A program made the position numbers and the translations under genes. Below the pieces are notes generated by a model. It had not been told where the DNA came from, did not search any database, and worked only from the letters and a program-made list of their open reading frames with translations. A stretch of DNA of 64,000 nt from Candidatus Poribacteria bacterium (lineage in GTDB: Bacteria > Poribacteria > WGA-4E > PCPOR2b): contig OZ220744.1 of assembly GCA_965116925.1 (NCBI GenBank), positions 3,040,001 through 3,104,000 of the forward strand, read 5' to 3'. The stretch's first letter is position 1. Each line of letters opens with the position of its first letter. This document shows positions 9,887-20,478 of the stretch, one piece after another.

Positions 9887-10456
9887 TTACGCTAATTCCG
9901 TCTCCTCGTCCTCTCCCTCATCCGTTGCATCAGATGTGCTATCCGCATCAACTGTGTCATCAGAATCGCTTGGTTGTTCTGTCTCTTGCGGTTCTACTAG
10001 TATTGTCGGTATAAACAACGTATCTTCGGACGGGTTTGGCTGTTCGGCTTCCTCTTCCTGTTGTTTTGTCTCATTATCAACTGTTTCAGACGGAGGATCC
10101 AGGGGGCTAGGCTGCGCTGCTTCCTGACTTTCTGATCTGTTCTCAACATTGTTCAGCATGGTCATGAGCCCTTCAAGACGCTCGCGGATTTCCGCTTTCT
10201 CTTTGTCCACCTCAAGGCGTTCCTGTTCGCGCTCGTTCCGGATCACCGCTATCTCCGATTCAAAGTGATTTAGTTCCGCGTTCCGTTGTTCAAGGTTTTG
10301 AATCTGTACATCCCGATGATCCAACTCGTTACGGAGTTGATTGTTTTCAGATTCAAAGGCTAATTTCTCTTCCCTGAGACGGTTGATAGTCTCAATGGCA
10401 CGTCTAACGCGTTCTTCCAACAATGTAAGCACATTTTCGCGTAAATCTTCAAGCAT
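9887..10456 (-). CDS. Coiled-coil protein, ZapB-like N-terminus with acidic disordered tail
   Basis: 'L.LLEERV.RAIETI..LREE' and 'IRERLEGLM' resemble ZapB; AGGAGG RBS. Confidence 0.6.
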   Translation of the reverse strand: MLEDLRENVLTLLEERVRRAIETINRLREEKLAFESENNQLRNELDHRDVQIQNLEQRNAELNHFESEIAVIRNEREQERLEVDKEKAEIRERLEGLMTMLNNVENRSESQEAAQPSPLDPPSETVDNETKQQEEEAEQPNPSEDTLFIPTILVEPQETEQPSDSDDTVDADSTSDATDEGEDEETELA

Positions 10457-10540
10457 GTGAACCTCCTGTTTTTTAAGTAATTAAAAGTTTTGGGGAAGGG
10501 GTGTCTATAGCGTACCGCCAAGGGCGTCAAACTTTTCTTT

Positions 10541-11407
10541 CTATCTTTCGCTTCTTAGTAGGTTTTCAAGCCCAACTGTCCGGGCATAGTGGAAAAGGTA
10601 CTGCTGGGCGTAACCGAGATATTTGCCAAAGTATTCTTCAGCAAATTGACGGATCTCACGAATCGAGGCTTCGCGTTTGAGGTAGAGCTGCTCTATAATC
10701 CGCTTCACCCACACATCAATGGGGAGGGCTTGAACATGCCCTAACGAAAATAGGCAGATGCAGTCGGCGACCTTCTCACCGATTCCTTTGAACCCCATCA
10801 ATTCTCGTTTTGCTTCGGCATACGGCATACTTTTCAGAGCTTCAGGATCAAATTCTTCCGCTGCAATTGTCGATGCAACTGTCCACAGATAAGGGGCGCG
10901 ATAGCCCAGCCCACAATCGTACAACGTCTCAACCCCGGCTTCGGCGAGGGCTTGTGGTATTGGGAAGGAATAATCGACCGAGTTATCAAGCGTAATTTCT
11001 TCACCAAATCGCGCGGAGATTGTGCGGATAATCCCCTTAATCCGGGGCACGTTGTTATTCTGAGACAGAATAAACGATGCGAGGCATTCCCACACCTCCT
11101 GATTCAGAATTCGCATCCCCCGGAACGTTTCAATCGAGCGGTGGATGAACGGATCAATGTCCACGGCGTCTAAGATTGCTGGCAAATCGCGGTTCAGGTC
11201 CAAGTAGTGGCGGAGGAAGGTTTCCAGTTGATCGTTTTCTTCATCAGCCGAACTTTCCACGATTAGTGCCCCATTTTCCTGACGTATTTTCAGCTGCCTG
11301 CCTTCGACAACACCGTAATACCAACCGTTGATCGGCTGCCAGCGGAATGATTGTCCGCACTCCAACGTATGCTTCAGATCAAAATCAGTGACAGATTCAA
11401 TTCGGAT
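10541..11407 (-). CDS. 8-oxoguanine DNA glycosylase (Ogg, HhH-GPD superfamily)
   Basis: FDL..TLECGQSFRW, WECLASFILSQNNN..RI, GLGYRA.Y, GIGEKVADC..LF, PIDVW, GYAQQYLF; probable start is ATC 11407 (see findings). Confidence 0.9.
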   Translation of the reverse strand: MRIESVTDFDLKHTLECGQSFRWQPINGWYYGVVEGRQLKIRQENGALIVESSADEENDQLETFLRHYLDLNRDLPAILDAVDIDPFIHRSIETFRGMRILNQEVWECLASFILSQNNNVPRIKGIIRTISARFGEEITLDNSVDYSFPIPQALAEAGVETLYDCGLGYRAPYLWTVASTIAAEEFDPEALKSMPYAEAKRELMGFKGIGEKVADCICLFSLGHVQALPIDVWVKRIIEQLYLKREASIREIRQFAEEYFGKYLGYAQQYLFHYARTVGLENLLRSER

Positions 11408-11507
11408 AGGTCAGCCTCCTGATGTAGAAATAGCAGAATACCGATTGCAGAATTGTGCGTATTATACAACGAAATTTCAATCAATACAAGGGCAGAAATC
11501 ATGCACA

Positions 11508-11710
11508 TAGGGGCATTTAGTTTTCGGTTTTTTGACTGATTTTGGAACGACCCGAACCCGTAGGCGGGGCATCTTGCCCCGCCGTTGGTCGTCGCGCGTT
11601 CATTGTACATTGTTAAGGTCGGTATGGCTGTCGTCTTTAATCCGTGTAATCCGTTAATCCGTGTTAATCCGCGATTCAGACAATAATATCCGGAGAATTA
11701 AATGCCCCTA
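11508..11710 (+). mobile_element. MITE family D (TAGGGGCATTTA...TAAATGCCCCTA), 9-bp TSD TCATGCACA
   Basis: Perfect 12-bp TIR, TCATGCACA on both flanks, internal GTAG hairpin and TAATCCGT(G) repeats; interior closely matches 50369-50526. Confidence 0.85.
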
Positions 11711-11730
11711 TCATGCACAGGGAGATGGTG

Positions 11731-12564
11731 TCAATAAGAGGATACATCGGTATCTGGATGTTCTTGAAAAAATCGTGCCTGATTCACGCCGAAGTCCTCT
11801 TGAAGTTGAATAGTGAGCCCACCATCCACCGGCAGTGCATGTCCTGTGATAAAAGACGCTTCGTCCGAACAGAGGAAGTTGATAGCATTAGCGATGTCAA
11901 TCGGACGACCAACACGGCGAACCGGATATTGCGCCTCAAAGAAACGCAGCAATGACGGGTTCTGCTTCCAATGTGCTTCGATGCGCTCGGTCACAATATG
12001 GCCGGGGCAGATTGCGTTGACGCGTATGCCCATCGGTCCAAAGTCAATCGCCATCTGACGGGTGACACCGATAACGGAGGACTTGCCCGCTTCATATACC
12101 AATTTCTTCGGAGCCATCAAAAGACCGTGGACGGACGAGATATTGATGATACTACCTTTGCCCGACTTTGCGATCTCCGGTACGGCGTACTTCGCCCCTA
12201 GAAACATGGACTTGACTAGGACGTTCATTGCGTAGTCCCAAGCCTCTTCCGACAGCTCTACTGCGCTGCCGTCCGGCTCTTTGGTATTGAAAGCGTTGTT
12301 GACGAGAATGTCGAGGCGACCCCATAGTTCAACCGCTTTGCTGACCATTGCTTCAATGTCGTCGCGGCGAGAGACATCCGTCTCAAGGACTTCCGCTATG
12401 CCGCCTGCATTCCGAATCCGATCGGCGTTGGACTGAGCGGTTTCAACGTCCATATCGGCGATGAGAATTCTCGCACCTGATTCAGCGAGCCGTCTCGAAG
12501 TTGCACCACCGATACCTTGGGCACCGCCTGTGACAATTGCGACCTGATCTGTTAAACTTCCCAT
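11731..12564 (-). CDS. Short-chain dehydrogenase/reductase
   Basis: TGGAQGIG, DILVNNA, YEAGK (YxxxK), RVNAICPG. Confidence 0.92.
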   Translation of the reverse strand: MGSLTDQVAIVTGGAQGIGGATSRRLAESGARILIADMDVETAQSNADRIRNAGGIAEVLETDVSRRDDIEAMVSKAVELWGRLDILVNNAFNTKEPDGSAVELSEEAWDYAMNVLVKSMFLGAKYAVPEIAKSGKGSIINISSVHGLLMAPKKLVYEAGKSSVIGVTRQMAIDFGPMGIRVNAICPGHIVTERIEAHWKQNPSLLRFFEAQYPVRRVGRPIDIANAINFLCSDEASFITGHALPVDGGLTIQLQEDFGVNQARFFQEHPDTDVSSY

Positions 12565-12699
12565 AGTTCTATCTCCTTAATCAAAATTTCAATAATGCGA
12601 GTTATTATGTTGTGTTAACCTTTATGTGAGGTATGTCCGTAATTCAAGGCACGACATCGTTGGATACCGATGAATACCTAGCCGTATGGGCTTAGTATC

Positions 12700-12748
12700 G
12701 TAGGGGCGAGGTTTCCTCGCCCGACGGGTTGGGAGACCCAACCCCTAC
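12700..12748. repeat. Inverted pair of GTAG-REP-like hairpins
   Basis: GTAGGGGCGAGGTTTCCTCGCCC followed by GGGTTGGGAGACCCAACCCCTAC; similar pair at 50574-50626. Confidence 0.7.
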
Positions 12749-12857
12749 GGAGGCAACCGTGTGGGTATGTCAAAAAAAGGAGCAACGCCACCGATGCGGG
12801 GGTGCAGTAGATTTGTCAATCCACTGCAAGCGGTCATTGATCTATGGATCTGTATTA

Positions 12858-14831
12858 TCACGGTAAAGTCAATGCGATAAGTTCGGCAGGCTGGTTCGCT
12901 CCACCTATCGGAATCACAATAAACTGCTTGCCATCAGCCATGTAGCTTATTGGTGCGCCCTGTGCATTACTTGGGAGTTCTGTTCTCGAAATCAGCTGCC
13001 CATTATCGGGTTCAAACGCCCATAAAAACGGATTTTGAGTCTCAAAGCTTACTTCAATTGCGTTGCCGCGGGGCGAGTTACCGGTTCCGTCCCACGATGC
13101 CTGACTCGCTGCGAAAAGCAGCGACTGAGTCAGTAGTGGGAAATTGCGTTGTGCCCAGCCCAAAGGTGGTAGGTCAAGATGGCGTAGGGTCGGATGATCT
13201 CTCGGTCCATCCCCAACCGGTTGCATCCACTTGTGTTCACCCGTGTTCAGATCGATGGCGGTGATGCGCCCATAAGGCGGTTTCATTAGGGGGAGACCTC
13301 GCGGCCCCTTCGGTCCAAATGCGAGCGCACCGGTATAGGTGTAGTCTGCCTTCGGATCTTTCGCTTTTTTTATCGTGGTGTTGGTAGGGAAGGTGATAGA
13401 CGGAATATAGATAATCCCTTTGTTTGGGTCAACGGCTGCGCCCGCCCAACTGGCACCGCCGATGATACCGGGCATGGCGATGATTCCCTTTTCGGTCGGC
13501 GGTGTATAGAGTGTGCCGAAGTCGTAATCCTCAAGAATACTAAGTGCTTGCTTACGCAGCACCGGCGTGAAATCAATTAAATCATCATGGGTTATACCTT
13601 GGCGATCGAAGGGGGCAGGTTTAGTCGGAAAGGGTTGTGTCGGCGATGAGGTTTCTCCCGGCACAGTTGACTGGGGTACGGGGCGTTCTTCAATGGGCCA
13701 AACCGGTTCGCCAGTCACGCGATCGAATACGAAACAGAACGCCTGTTTGGTCACTTGAGCAACCGCCTTGACTTCCTTACCATCAACGGTAATGTCGATC
13801 AGATTTGGCGCAGCCGGTGGATCATAATCCCAGAGTCCGTGATGCAAAATTTGAAAGTGCCACACCCGCTCCCCGTTTTCTGCGTTGAGGCATACGAGGC
13901 TATCTGCGAAAAGGTTGTCTCCGAGGCGATGTCCACCGTAATAATCATTGGTGGGGGTGCTGACAGGCAGGTAGACGTAACCGAGCTCCTCATCTGCGCT
14001 CATCATCGTCCAGACATTCGTATTACCTGTTGTCTGCCAAGAATCGTTCTTCCATGTCTCGTTTCCAAACTCTCCTGCTTGCGGAACGGTATGGAAAATC
14101 CAACGTTGTTCTCCAGTCCGAACATCAAACCCTCTGACATCTCCCGGTGGCATCAGCTTTTGCGGCGGCTTGTTAATCGCGAAGGAATCGAGAACTGTAG
14201 AGCCAACGACAACGACATCTCGACAGACAATCGGCGGTGAGAAAACAGCGTACAACCGCCGATTCACCGGACGACGCAAACCTTTCGTCAAGTCGACGCG
14301 ACCGCCCTCGCCGAACCCTTGGATTGGTTTACCTGTTTCGGCGTTAAGCGCGATGAGATACCCATCGCCTGTGCCGAGGAGGACGCGCCTATCATCGCCG
14401 GACTCCCAATAGGAGACACCACGATGCACGAAACCTGTGTTGGCGGGGGTGCCGTCCTCGTAGGTTTTCGGGTCATAAACCCAGATTGTCTCACCTGTAA
14501 CAGCGTTGATGGCAGCGACCAGATTGAGCGACGTGCTGGTGTATATCACGCCACCAATCATGAGCGGTGTGGATTCATTTACCATCGTCCACAAGTCGGG
14601 ATTGGATTCGACGAGCGCATTATCGGGGGAGTCCCAACGCCATGCGATCTGAAGATCTTTGACATTGTCTTTGTTAATCTGATTGAGTGAAATATATTTG
14701 GTACTGGCTTTGTCCGAGCCGTAAGCCCACCATTCTCCAACCTCACTGGTATCCGCGGGGGGAATAATCAGAGCTATCGCACAAAAGATCGAGACAACAT
14801 AAAGAAATAGTAAATAATGTCTTCGGATCAC
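12858..14831 (-). CDS. PQQ-dependent dehydrogenase (glucose/quinate/shikimate family), exported
   Basis: Signal peptide, QIN.DNV.DLQIAW, HHGLWDYD, TKQAFCFVFDRVTGEPVWP, PTQPFP, PPYGRITAIDL; GTG start with AGGAGG RBS. Confidence 0.92.
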   Translation of the reverse strand: MIRRHYLLFLYVVSIFCAIALIIPPADTSEVGEWWAYGSDKASTKYISLNQINKDNVKDLQIAWRWDSPDNALVESNPDLWTMVNESTPLMIGGVIYTSTSLNLVAAINAVTGETIWVYDPKTYEDGTPANTGFVHRGVSYWESGDDRRVLLGTGDGYLIALNAETGKPIQGFGEGGRVDLTKGLRRPVNRRLYAVFSPPIVCRDVVVVGSTVLDSFAINKPPQKLMPPGDVRGFDVRTGEQRWIFHTVPQAGEFGNETWKNDSWQTTGNTNVWTMMSADEELGYVYLPVSTPTNDYYGGHRLGDNLFADSLVCLNAENGERVWHFQILHHGLWDYDPPAAPNLIDITVDGKEVKAVAQVTKQAFCFVFDRVTGEPVWPIEERPVPQSTVPGETSSPTQPFPTKPAPFDRQGITHDDLIDFTPVLRKQALSILEDYDFGTLYTPPTEKGIIAMPGIIGGASWAGAAVDPNKGIIYIPSITFPTNTTIKKAKDPKADYTYTGALAFGPKGPRGLPLMKPPYGRITAIDLNTGEHKWMQPVGDGPRDHPTLRHLDLPPLGWAQRNFPLLTQSLLFAASQASWDGTGNSPRGNAIEVSFETQNPFLWAFEPDNGQLISRTELPSNAQGAPISYMADGKQFIVIPIGGANQPAELIALTLP

Positions 14832-15113
14832 GGTTTGACCTCCTTTGTGTCAATTGCGGATATAAAAACACCTTCATTTATGTAAACCAAGCGTTCGCCA
14901 TTATAGCAGATCCGATCGGTTGCGTCAACAGAATTGGATAGGCTTACATGACGAAAGTACATGGATGATTTTTGGGTTTCTATTTTCGGGGTAACTATGT
15001 TATAATCTTGAGCAATTTCCAAAAAATATAACCTGCTTATAATAGGAAGTCTCCTGATCTCTTGAGGGTTCCCTTAAAAATCTCATAGCACATCTAAATG
15101 AGGGAGGAAATAG

Positions 15114-15986
15114 ATGATTGATTGTCACTATCTTGAACCGACCACCGTTTCAGAGGCATGCACACTGTTAGCTGAGCACGGCGATGGTGCGAAAGTCGTT
15201 GCCGGCGGACAGAGCATGGCGATACTGTTACGGAATGGATTAATTCAACCATCCCATCTGATCAGTATCCAGCATGTCTCCGGATTGGAGGACATAACTG
15301 CATCGGACGAAGGCGTAACAATTGGTGCAAGAGTTACGCTAGATCGTTTAAGCGGGATAGGCGAAACGCACCCGACGCTGCGTGCCCTAGATGATGTCAT
15401 CAGCGATGTGGCAGACCAACAGATTCGCAACTTCGCAACACTCGGCGGGGCGGTCTGTGAGGCACATCCAGCGAGCGATATCACTGTTGTTCTAACCGCA
15501 TTGAACGCTTCGGTAAAATTAGCAAGTGCAGACGGTGAACGGGTAGTGCCTATGCACGACTTTGTTACCGGGGCGTTTGCTACCGCTGCCGGACCGGGCG
15601 AGTTACTTACAGAGGTAGTTGTCCCATCATTCGATCTCACCTCCGCCGCTGCCGCGCATCGCCGATTTGTTCTACGTGCGGGAGATTATCCTGTCGTCGG
15701 AGTCGGTGCGTTTGTCAGCCTCGATGGATCGGGGGGTTGTCAGGATGTTCGCATCGTAGTTGGCAACTGTTCAGGGGCCCCGGCTCATGCACAGGAGGCG
15801 GAGACACGCCTGAAGGGACACAGCATCGTTGGAAACAATGGCGCACTCGCTGAAGCCGGTGAACTCGCTGCATCCCATGTCGCTCCGTCGAGCGATCCGA
15901 TGGCACCAAGCGAATACAAAATAGACCTCGTCAATGTGCTGACCAGAGAAGCATTGGCGGAAGCCGTTGCACGCGCTACCAGTTAA
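15114..15986 (+). CDS. Xanthine dehydrogenase family FAD-binding subunit (CoxM-like)
   Basis: AGGQSM, QIRNFATLGG, PASD. Confidence 0.92.
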   Translation: MIDCHYLEPTTVSEACTLLAEHGDGAKVVAGGQSMAILLRNGLIQPSHLISIQHVSGLEDITASDEGVTIGARVTLDRLSGIGETHPTLRALDDVISDVADQQIRNFATLGGAVCEAHPASDITVVLTALNASVKLASADGERVVPMHDFVTGAFATAAGPGELLTEVVVPSFDLTSAAAAHRRFVLRAGDYPVVGVGAFVSLDGSGGCQDVRIVVGNCSGAPAHAQEAETRLKGHSIVGNNGALAEAGELAASHVAPSSDPMAPSEYKIDLVNVLTREALAEAVARATS

Positions 15987-16119
15987 GACATTTACCAATA
16001 ACTCCGACCTTCAGGAAATTTCCCAAGTCCCCTTGACAAGGGGGATTTAGGGGGTTGGCTCTATAGTGGAAATGTATAAGTAATTCTAAAATCTACCATA
16101 ATTACTTGGAGGCATTTTA

Positions 16120-16587
16120 ATGAAATACCCATTATCATTGACTGTCAATGATGAAAACTATGACATCCTCGTCGAACCCTACCACACCTTGATGGAGGCA
16201 ATTCGTGACGGGATTGGGCTAACGGGGACAAAGTGTGCCTGTGAAGATGGGCGGTGTGGGACCTGTACGGTACTGATTGACGGGCAGCTAGTAAAATCAT
16301 GCCTGATGCTTGGACTACAGGCGAACGGAAAATCGGTCTTGACTATAGAGGGTATGGGGTCACCCGATGAGCTACATCCGCTGCAGGCTGCGTTTCTTGA
16401 GCACGGTGCTGTGCAGTGCGGTTATTGTACGCCGGGGATGCTGCTCACGGCAAAGCAGTTGCTAGACGAGAACCCGAATCCCACTGAGGAAGACATCCGC
16501 TCTGCATTTGTGGGAAATCTTTGCCGCTGCGGAGTCTACACACATGCGACGGAAGCGATTTTGAGCGTCGCAGTGGAGGAGGACTAG
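16120..16587 (+). CDS. Xanthine dehydrogenase family 2Fe-2S subunit (CoxS-like)
   Basis: GTKCACEDGRCGTC, QCGYCTPG, GNLCRC. Confidence 0.95.
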   Translation: MKYPLSLTVNDENYDILVEPYHTLMEAIRDGIGLTGTKCACEDGRCGTCTVLIDGQLVKSCLMLGLQANGKSVLTIEGMGSPDELHPLQAAFLEHGAVQCGYCTPGMLLTAKQLLDENPNPTEEDIRSAFVGNLCRCGVYTHATEAILSVAVEED

Positions 16588-16592
16588 ATAAA

Positions 16593-18947
16593 ATGAACGT
16601 TGTTGGAACTTCTGCTAAACGTATTGATGGTATAGAGAAGGTAACTGGAACTGCGGAATTTACAACCGACATTGTGCTGCCGCGTATGATCCACGCCAAG
16701 CTGAAACGCAGTCCGTATGCACACGCAAAAATTCTGGGAATTGATACCAGCAAAGCCGAACAGATGCCCGGTGTGCGCGCTGTCATTACCGCTGCGGATC
16801 TACCTGATATCCGGCTAGGCATTCTTACACTGGATGAACATCTGCTCGCCCACGACAAAACACGCCTTGTCGGTGAGCCTGTCGCTGCGGTCGCTGCAGA
16901 TACCCCAGAAATTGCACGGGCAGCCTGTGAACAGATTGAGGTCGAATACGAGGAACTTCCTCCCCTCTTTGACCCGGAGGAAGCGATTCGATTGGATCCG
17001 CCGGTGGTGCTGCACGAAGAATATGAAGAATACGAAAAACTCCTTGAACTTGCCGAAATGGACGAACGCCCGCCCAACCTGTGGCAAGCCTACCGCATCC
17101 GTCACGGCGACATTGATGCCGCATTCAAAAAAGCGGAAGACGAAGGTGGACACATCATCGAAAACCGCTATGCAACCGGTTATGTCCATACCGCATGTAT
17201 GGAGCCACACGGTGCGGTGGCGCAATGGAGTTCCGACGGCACACTGACCCTCTGGGCTGGCGGACAGTCACCGTACATCGCACGTGACGGTTTGGCAAAA
17301 GCTCTTGATCTGTCGCCATCTAAGGTTCGCGTCATTGTTCCATTTGTTGGCGGTGCCTTCGGCGGTAAATTGACGGTCAAAGAGGGGGCTATCGCCGCCG
17401 CACTTGCGCGTAAAGCACGGCGTCCCGTCAAAATTATCTTGACCCGCGCCGAAGACCTCTCGGCGACAGCGGCACGCACACCGTTTATCTTTGATATAAA
17501 GGACGCTGTAACTAAAGATGGCATCCTCATTGGTCGCAAAGTCACTTCGATTCTCTGGGGCGGTGGCTATAGCGGCGAAGGGATTCTCAAACCGATTTTC
17601 TCCACACATCTCTATCCCGGTTCCTACCGTTTAGCCGCACTTTGGGTGGATTCTTACGGCGTTTATACCAACCGTGTCTCCGGTGGTGCGTTGCGAGGCT
17701 ACGGCTGTGCAGAGTCCGCTTGGGCGGTCGAAACCCAGATGGACATCATCGCGAGGAAGTGCGACATTGACGCCGTTGAGCTGCGTATAAATAACCTGCT
17801 GAATGAAGGCGAGCGCACCGCTATCACCATGCCCGCCCATGCGTTCAGTGCCCACGAATGTCTTACCAAATGTGCTGATGCGATTGAGTGGGAAACCCCC
17901 TCTGAGTCGTTGGAGTCTCCGTGGTATCGTGGTAAAGGTATCGCTTTGGGTAACAAGTATTCCTTTGCACCTACCGCTTCCAGTACGGAGTTAAAGGTCC
18001 ACGAGGATGCTTCCTGTGAACTGAGAACCAGTGCGGTTGATTTAGGACAGGGTGCTTATACCATTCTCACGCAGATCGTCGCAGATGAGTTCGGGATCGA
18101 GATTGATCAGGTCAAGCTGGTCACCCCAGACACCGCAATCACGCCTTTTGATCATGTCGCTGGTTCTAGTCGGCAGACCTTCCACACGGGCAATGCCACC
18201 CGCATGGCATGTGACGATGCGAAACGCCAGATCCGGGAACTCGCCGCACCCAAGTTAGAAGCTGCCCCGGACGACTTAGACGTTTCCGGTGGACGTATCT
18301 TCGTCAAGGGGTCTCCTGAGCAGTCCATTGAAGTTGAAGATCTGTTCGTGGTTGAGATGCTGGCGGGTAAACGGCCTGCGGATGTCGAAGTTATCGGTAA
18401 AGCGACATGGGAAGTCACTGCCAGTCCGCACGACCCAAACACGGGACAGGGCGAGGAACCGATGGCTTACATGGGACATGGTGCCCAAGCAGCCGAAGTT
18501 GAGGTCAACGTTGAAACAGGGCAGGTACGGATTCGGAAGTTTGTCTCGGCGATCGATGTTGGCAAGGCGATGAACCCGCAAGGGGTCGAAATGCAGAACT
18601 ACGGCGGCGGATGTATGGGTATAGGAATTGCCCTGCACGAGGACATGTGCTTCGATGCGAATGGAGAGATGACCAACGCCAGCCTGATGGACTATAAGAT
18701 TCCCTCCATCGTTGAGATGCCGTTGAAAGAATACATGGAGTCGATTATTGTCGAAGTCCCACACCAGCACGGTCCCTACGGTGCCAAAGGTGCCGGTGAA
18801 ATCGTCGTAGTACCCACATCGCCCGCAATCGGCAACGCAATCTATGACGCGATCGGTGTCCGTATCTGGGATCAGCCGCTAACGCCGGAGAAGGTTGTCA
18901 AGGCATGGAAGGAGAAGAAGGCGTCCGGTAACGGCTCTGGATCATAA
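16593..18947 (+). CDS. Xanthine dehydrogenase family molybdopterin-binding subunit
   Basis: KVTGTAEF, GGAFGGK, LRGYG, DLGQG, AGSSRQT, KGAGE; no CO-dehydrogenase AYxCSFR loop. Confidence 0.93.
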   Translation: MNVVGTSAKRIDGIEKVTGTAEFTTDIVLPRMIHAKLKRSPYAHAKILGIDTSKAEQMPGVRAVITAADLPDIRLGILTLDEHLLAHDKTRLVGEPVAAVAADTPEIARAACEQIEVEYEELPPLFDPEEAIRLDPPVVLHEEYEEYEKLLELAEMDERPPNLWQAYRIRHGDIDAAFKKAEDEGGHIIENRYATGYVHTACMEPHGAVAQWSSDGTLTLWAGGQSPYIARDGLAKALDLSPSKVRVIVPFVGGAFGGKLTVKEGAIAAALARKARRPVKIILTRAEDLSATAARTPFIFDIKDAVTKDGILIGRKVTSILWGGGYSGEGILKPIFSTHLYPGSYRLAALWVDSYGVYTNRVSGGALRGYGCAESAWAVETQMDIIARKCDIDAVELRINNLLNEGERTAITMPAHAFSAHECLTKCADAIEWETPSESLESPWYRGKGIALGNKYSFAPTASSTELKVHEDASCELRTSAVDLGQGAYTILTQIVADEFGIEIDQVKLVTPDTAITPFDHVAGSSRQTFHTGNATRMACDDAKRQIRELAAPKLEAAPDDLDVSGGRIFVKGSPEQSIEVEDLFVVEMLAGKRPADVEVIGKATWEVTASPHDPNTGQGEEPMAYMGHGAQAAEVEVNVETGQVRIRKFVSAIDVGKAMNPQGVEMQNYGGGCMGIGIALHEDMCFDANGEMTNASLMDYKIPSIVEMPLKEYMESIIVEVPHQHGPYGAKGAGEIVVVPTSPAIGNAIYDAIGVRIWDQPLTPEKVVKAWKEKKASGNGSGS

Positions 18948-18976
18948 GCCACGGTGGGATAGTCTAGCGGTAACGC

Positions 18977-20302
18977 CTAGGGTTTATACCCTGAACGGTC
19001 TGTATTTCCTCCATACTTCATGGCATAAACGAGCAGATTTGTCATAAAGCGATGGACATCTGTCGAGCGACGCAGCCGTAACATGGTTCGGCTTTCGATC
19101 TCCACCGTCTCCATTGCACACATATAATCCTTGCGATTATAGACGACAGCCAGTCGATTGTCTATAGTGATTCCTTTTTGGTATTTGAACTGCGTGGGTT
19201 TTGGATGGTTTTCAGAACCCCAGAAAACATCACCGCCCGATGGGGGACGGGGCAGCTGATAATAGATATTATAAATCTCATGGTGGTGCGGCAGGTACTC
19301 TAAAGGATATTCGGGAAAAATCGTCTGTAGCTCATCAGCGACGATTGCGGCGAACAAGCCGTGAAATCCGCAATCGTCGAAAAAGAGCATCCCACCTTGT
19401 TCCACAATGTACTTCCGCAGTGCCGCCCGTTCTGACGCAGAAAAGGAGTTAGTCAACGGTCCGCCTTTGGCAAGATTTCGCCCAACAGTAATGTCCTTGT
19501 CGTGCCCTGTCATGATAACCAGCGGGGCATCAAGGAGGCGCGAATCGGTCAGTCGCAGCGAGCCTCCTGCGTACTTCATGTCAGCACGGAGATCGGTATT
19601 TTCTGCAAGCCACTTCGCAAAGCTGGATATGGCGGTTGGATCCTGCCACCAATCGGAAAGGGAGTGTTTGAGTCGAATCAGGCGAATATGCCCACGCATC
19701 TCTGTGCCTTCGCCCTCAAGAATAGCTCCAAGGTGGTCTTCAGGAAGCAAGTTCGGACTCTTCACATCAAGAGGCAGGTCTTGTACTCCCCCGTTTTGAG
19801 CGTGCACAAGACCCCCTCCTATAGTCGTCCCTTCATTTCTCCCACGTTGTAGGGGTGCTCCTCGTGATAGTCCGTTTTGGGTCGGCACAGGACCTACTCC
19901 CACAGTCGGAGTGTCTTGGTGTATCGTTGCGGAATGGGACGGTACAAGATTCGCTTTTACCGATAAACCCTTGTCAAGGCTGATGGATGGGGTATCGCTT
20001 AACGAGAGCGGATTTCTCTCTTGTGGCAGGTCAACTGCAAGGGGGGTTCCTACCTGTGTTACAGTTTGTAGAGGCAGCTCTTGTGGTTGTCTATCCTGCA
20101 CCTGACGGGCCGATTGTACGGGTTGGATACGAATCTTCCTTGGCAGCGTACGAGCTGATGGAGGCAATTCAACCCACTCAACATTCATGGCATCGTCTTC
20201 CACAATTCCCTGACGAATCGTTAGCACCACGAGGACAGCAAAAATGAGATGGAGGCAGAGAGAGATGGCCAACGGTGCCGTTAATCGTTTTCGTATTCTC
20301 AA
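18977..20302 (-). CDS. Membrane-anchored DUF4159-like protein with TonB-type N-terminus
   Basis: N-terminal TM with SLCLH, Pro/Gln linker, C-terminal 'DWWQDP', 'MTGH', 'LRKYIV..GG.LFFDDC', 'HEIY..YY'. Confidence 0.7.
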   Translation of the reverse strand: MRIRKRLTAPLAISLCLHLIFAVLVVLTIRQGIVEDDAMNVEWVELPPSARTLPRKIRIQPVQSARQVQDRQPQELPLQTVTQVGTPLAVDLPQERNPLSLSDTPSISLDKGLSVKANLVPSHSATIHQDTPTVGVGPVPTQNGLSRGAPLQRGRNEGTTIGGGLVHAQNGGVQDLPLDVKSPNLLPEDHLGAILEGEGTEMRGHIRLIRLKHSLSDWWQDPTAISSFAKWLAENTDLRADMKYAGGSLRLTDSRLLDAPLVIMTGHDKDITVGRNLAKGGPLTNSFSASERAALRKYIVEQGGMLFFDDCGFHGLFAAIVADELQTIFPEYPLEYLPHHHEIYNIYYQLPRPPSGGDVFWGSENHPKPTQFKYQKGITIDNRLAVVYNRKDYMCAMETVEIESRTMLRLRRSTDVHRFMTNLLVYAMKYGGNTDRSGYKP

Positions 20303-20478
20303 CGTTTTGCCTTTCTGAACGGGCTGAAGTAGGAAAACGCCCTATGCCAAGTTATGAGGATCCCACTCTAGACACTCTCGCTTAGTTCTGAATGTCAAGA
20401 TGCAATCTATTTCAAGCACAACCCTATGCCAAAATCTGTCGCAGCCACAGCTAATCAATTCAAATTTATGTAAAATTC

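Noticed and set aside
16593..18947. Aerobic CO dehydrogenase CoxL
   Set aside because: Lacks AYxCSFR; the loop reads LRGYG
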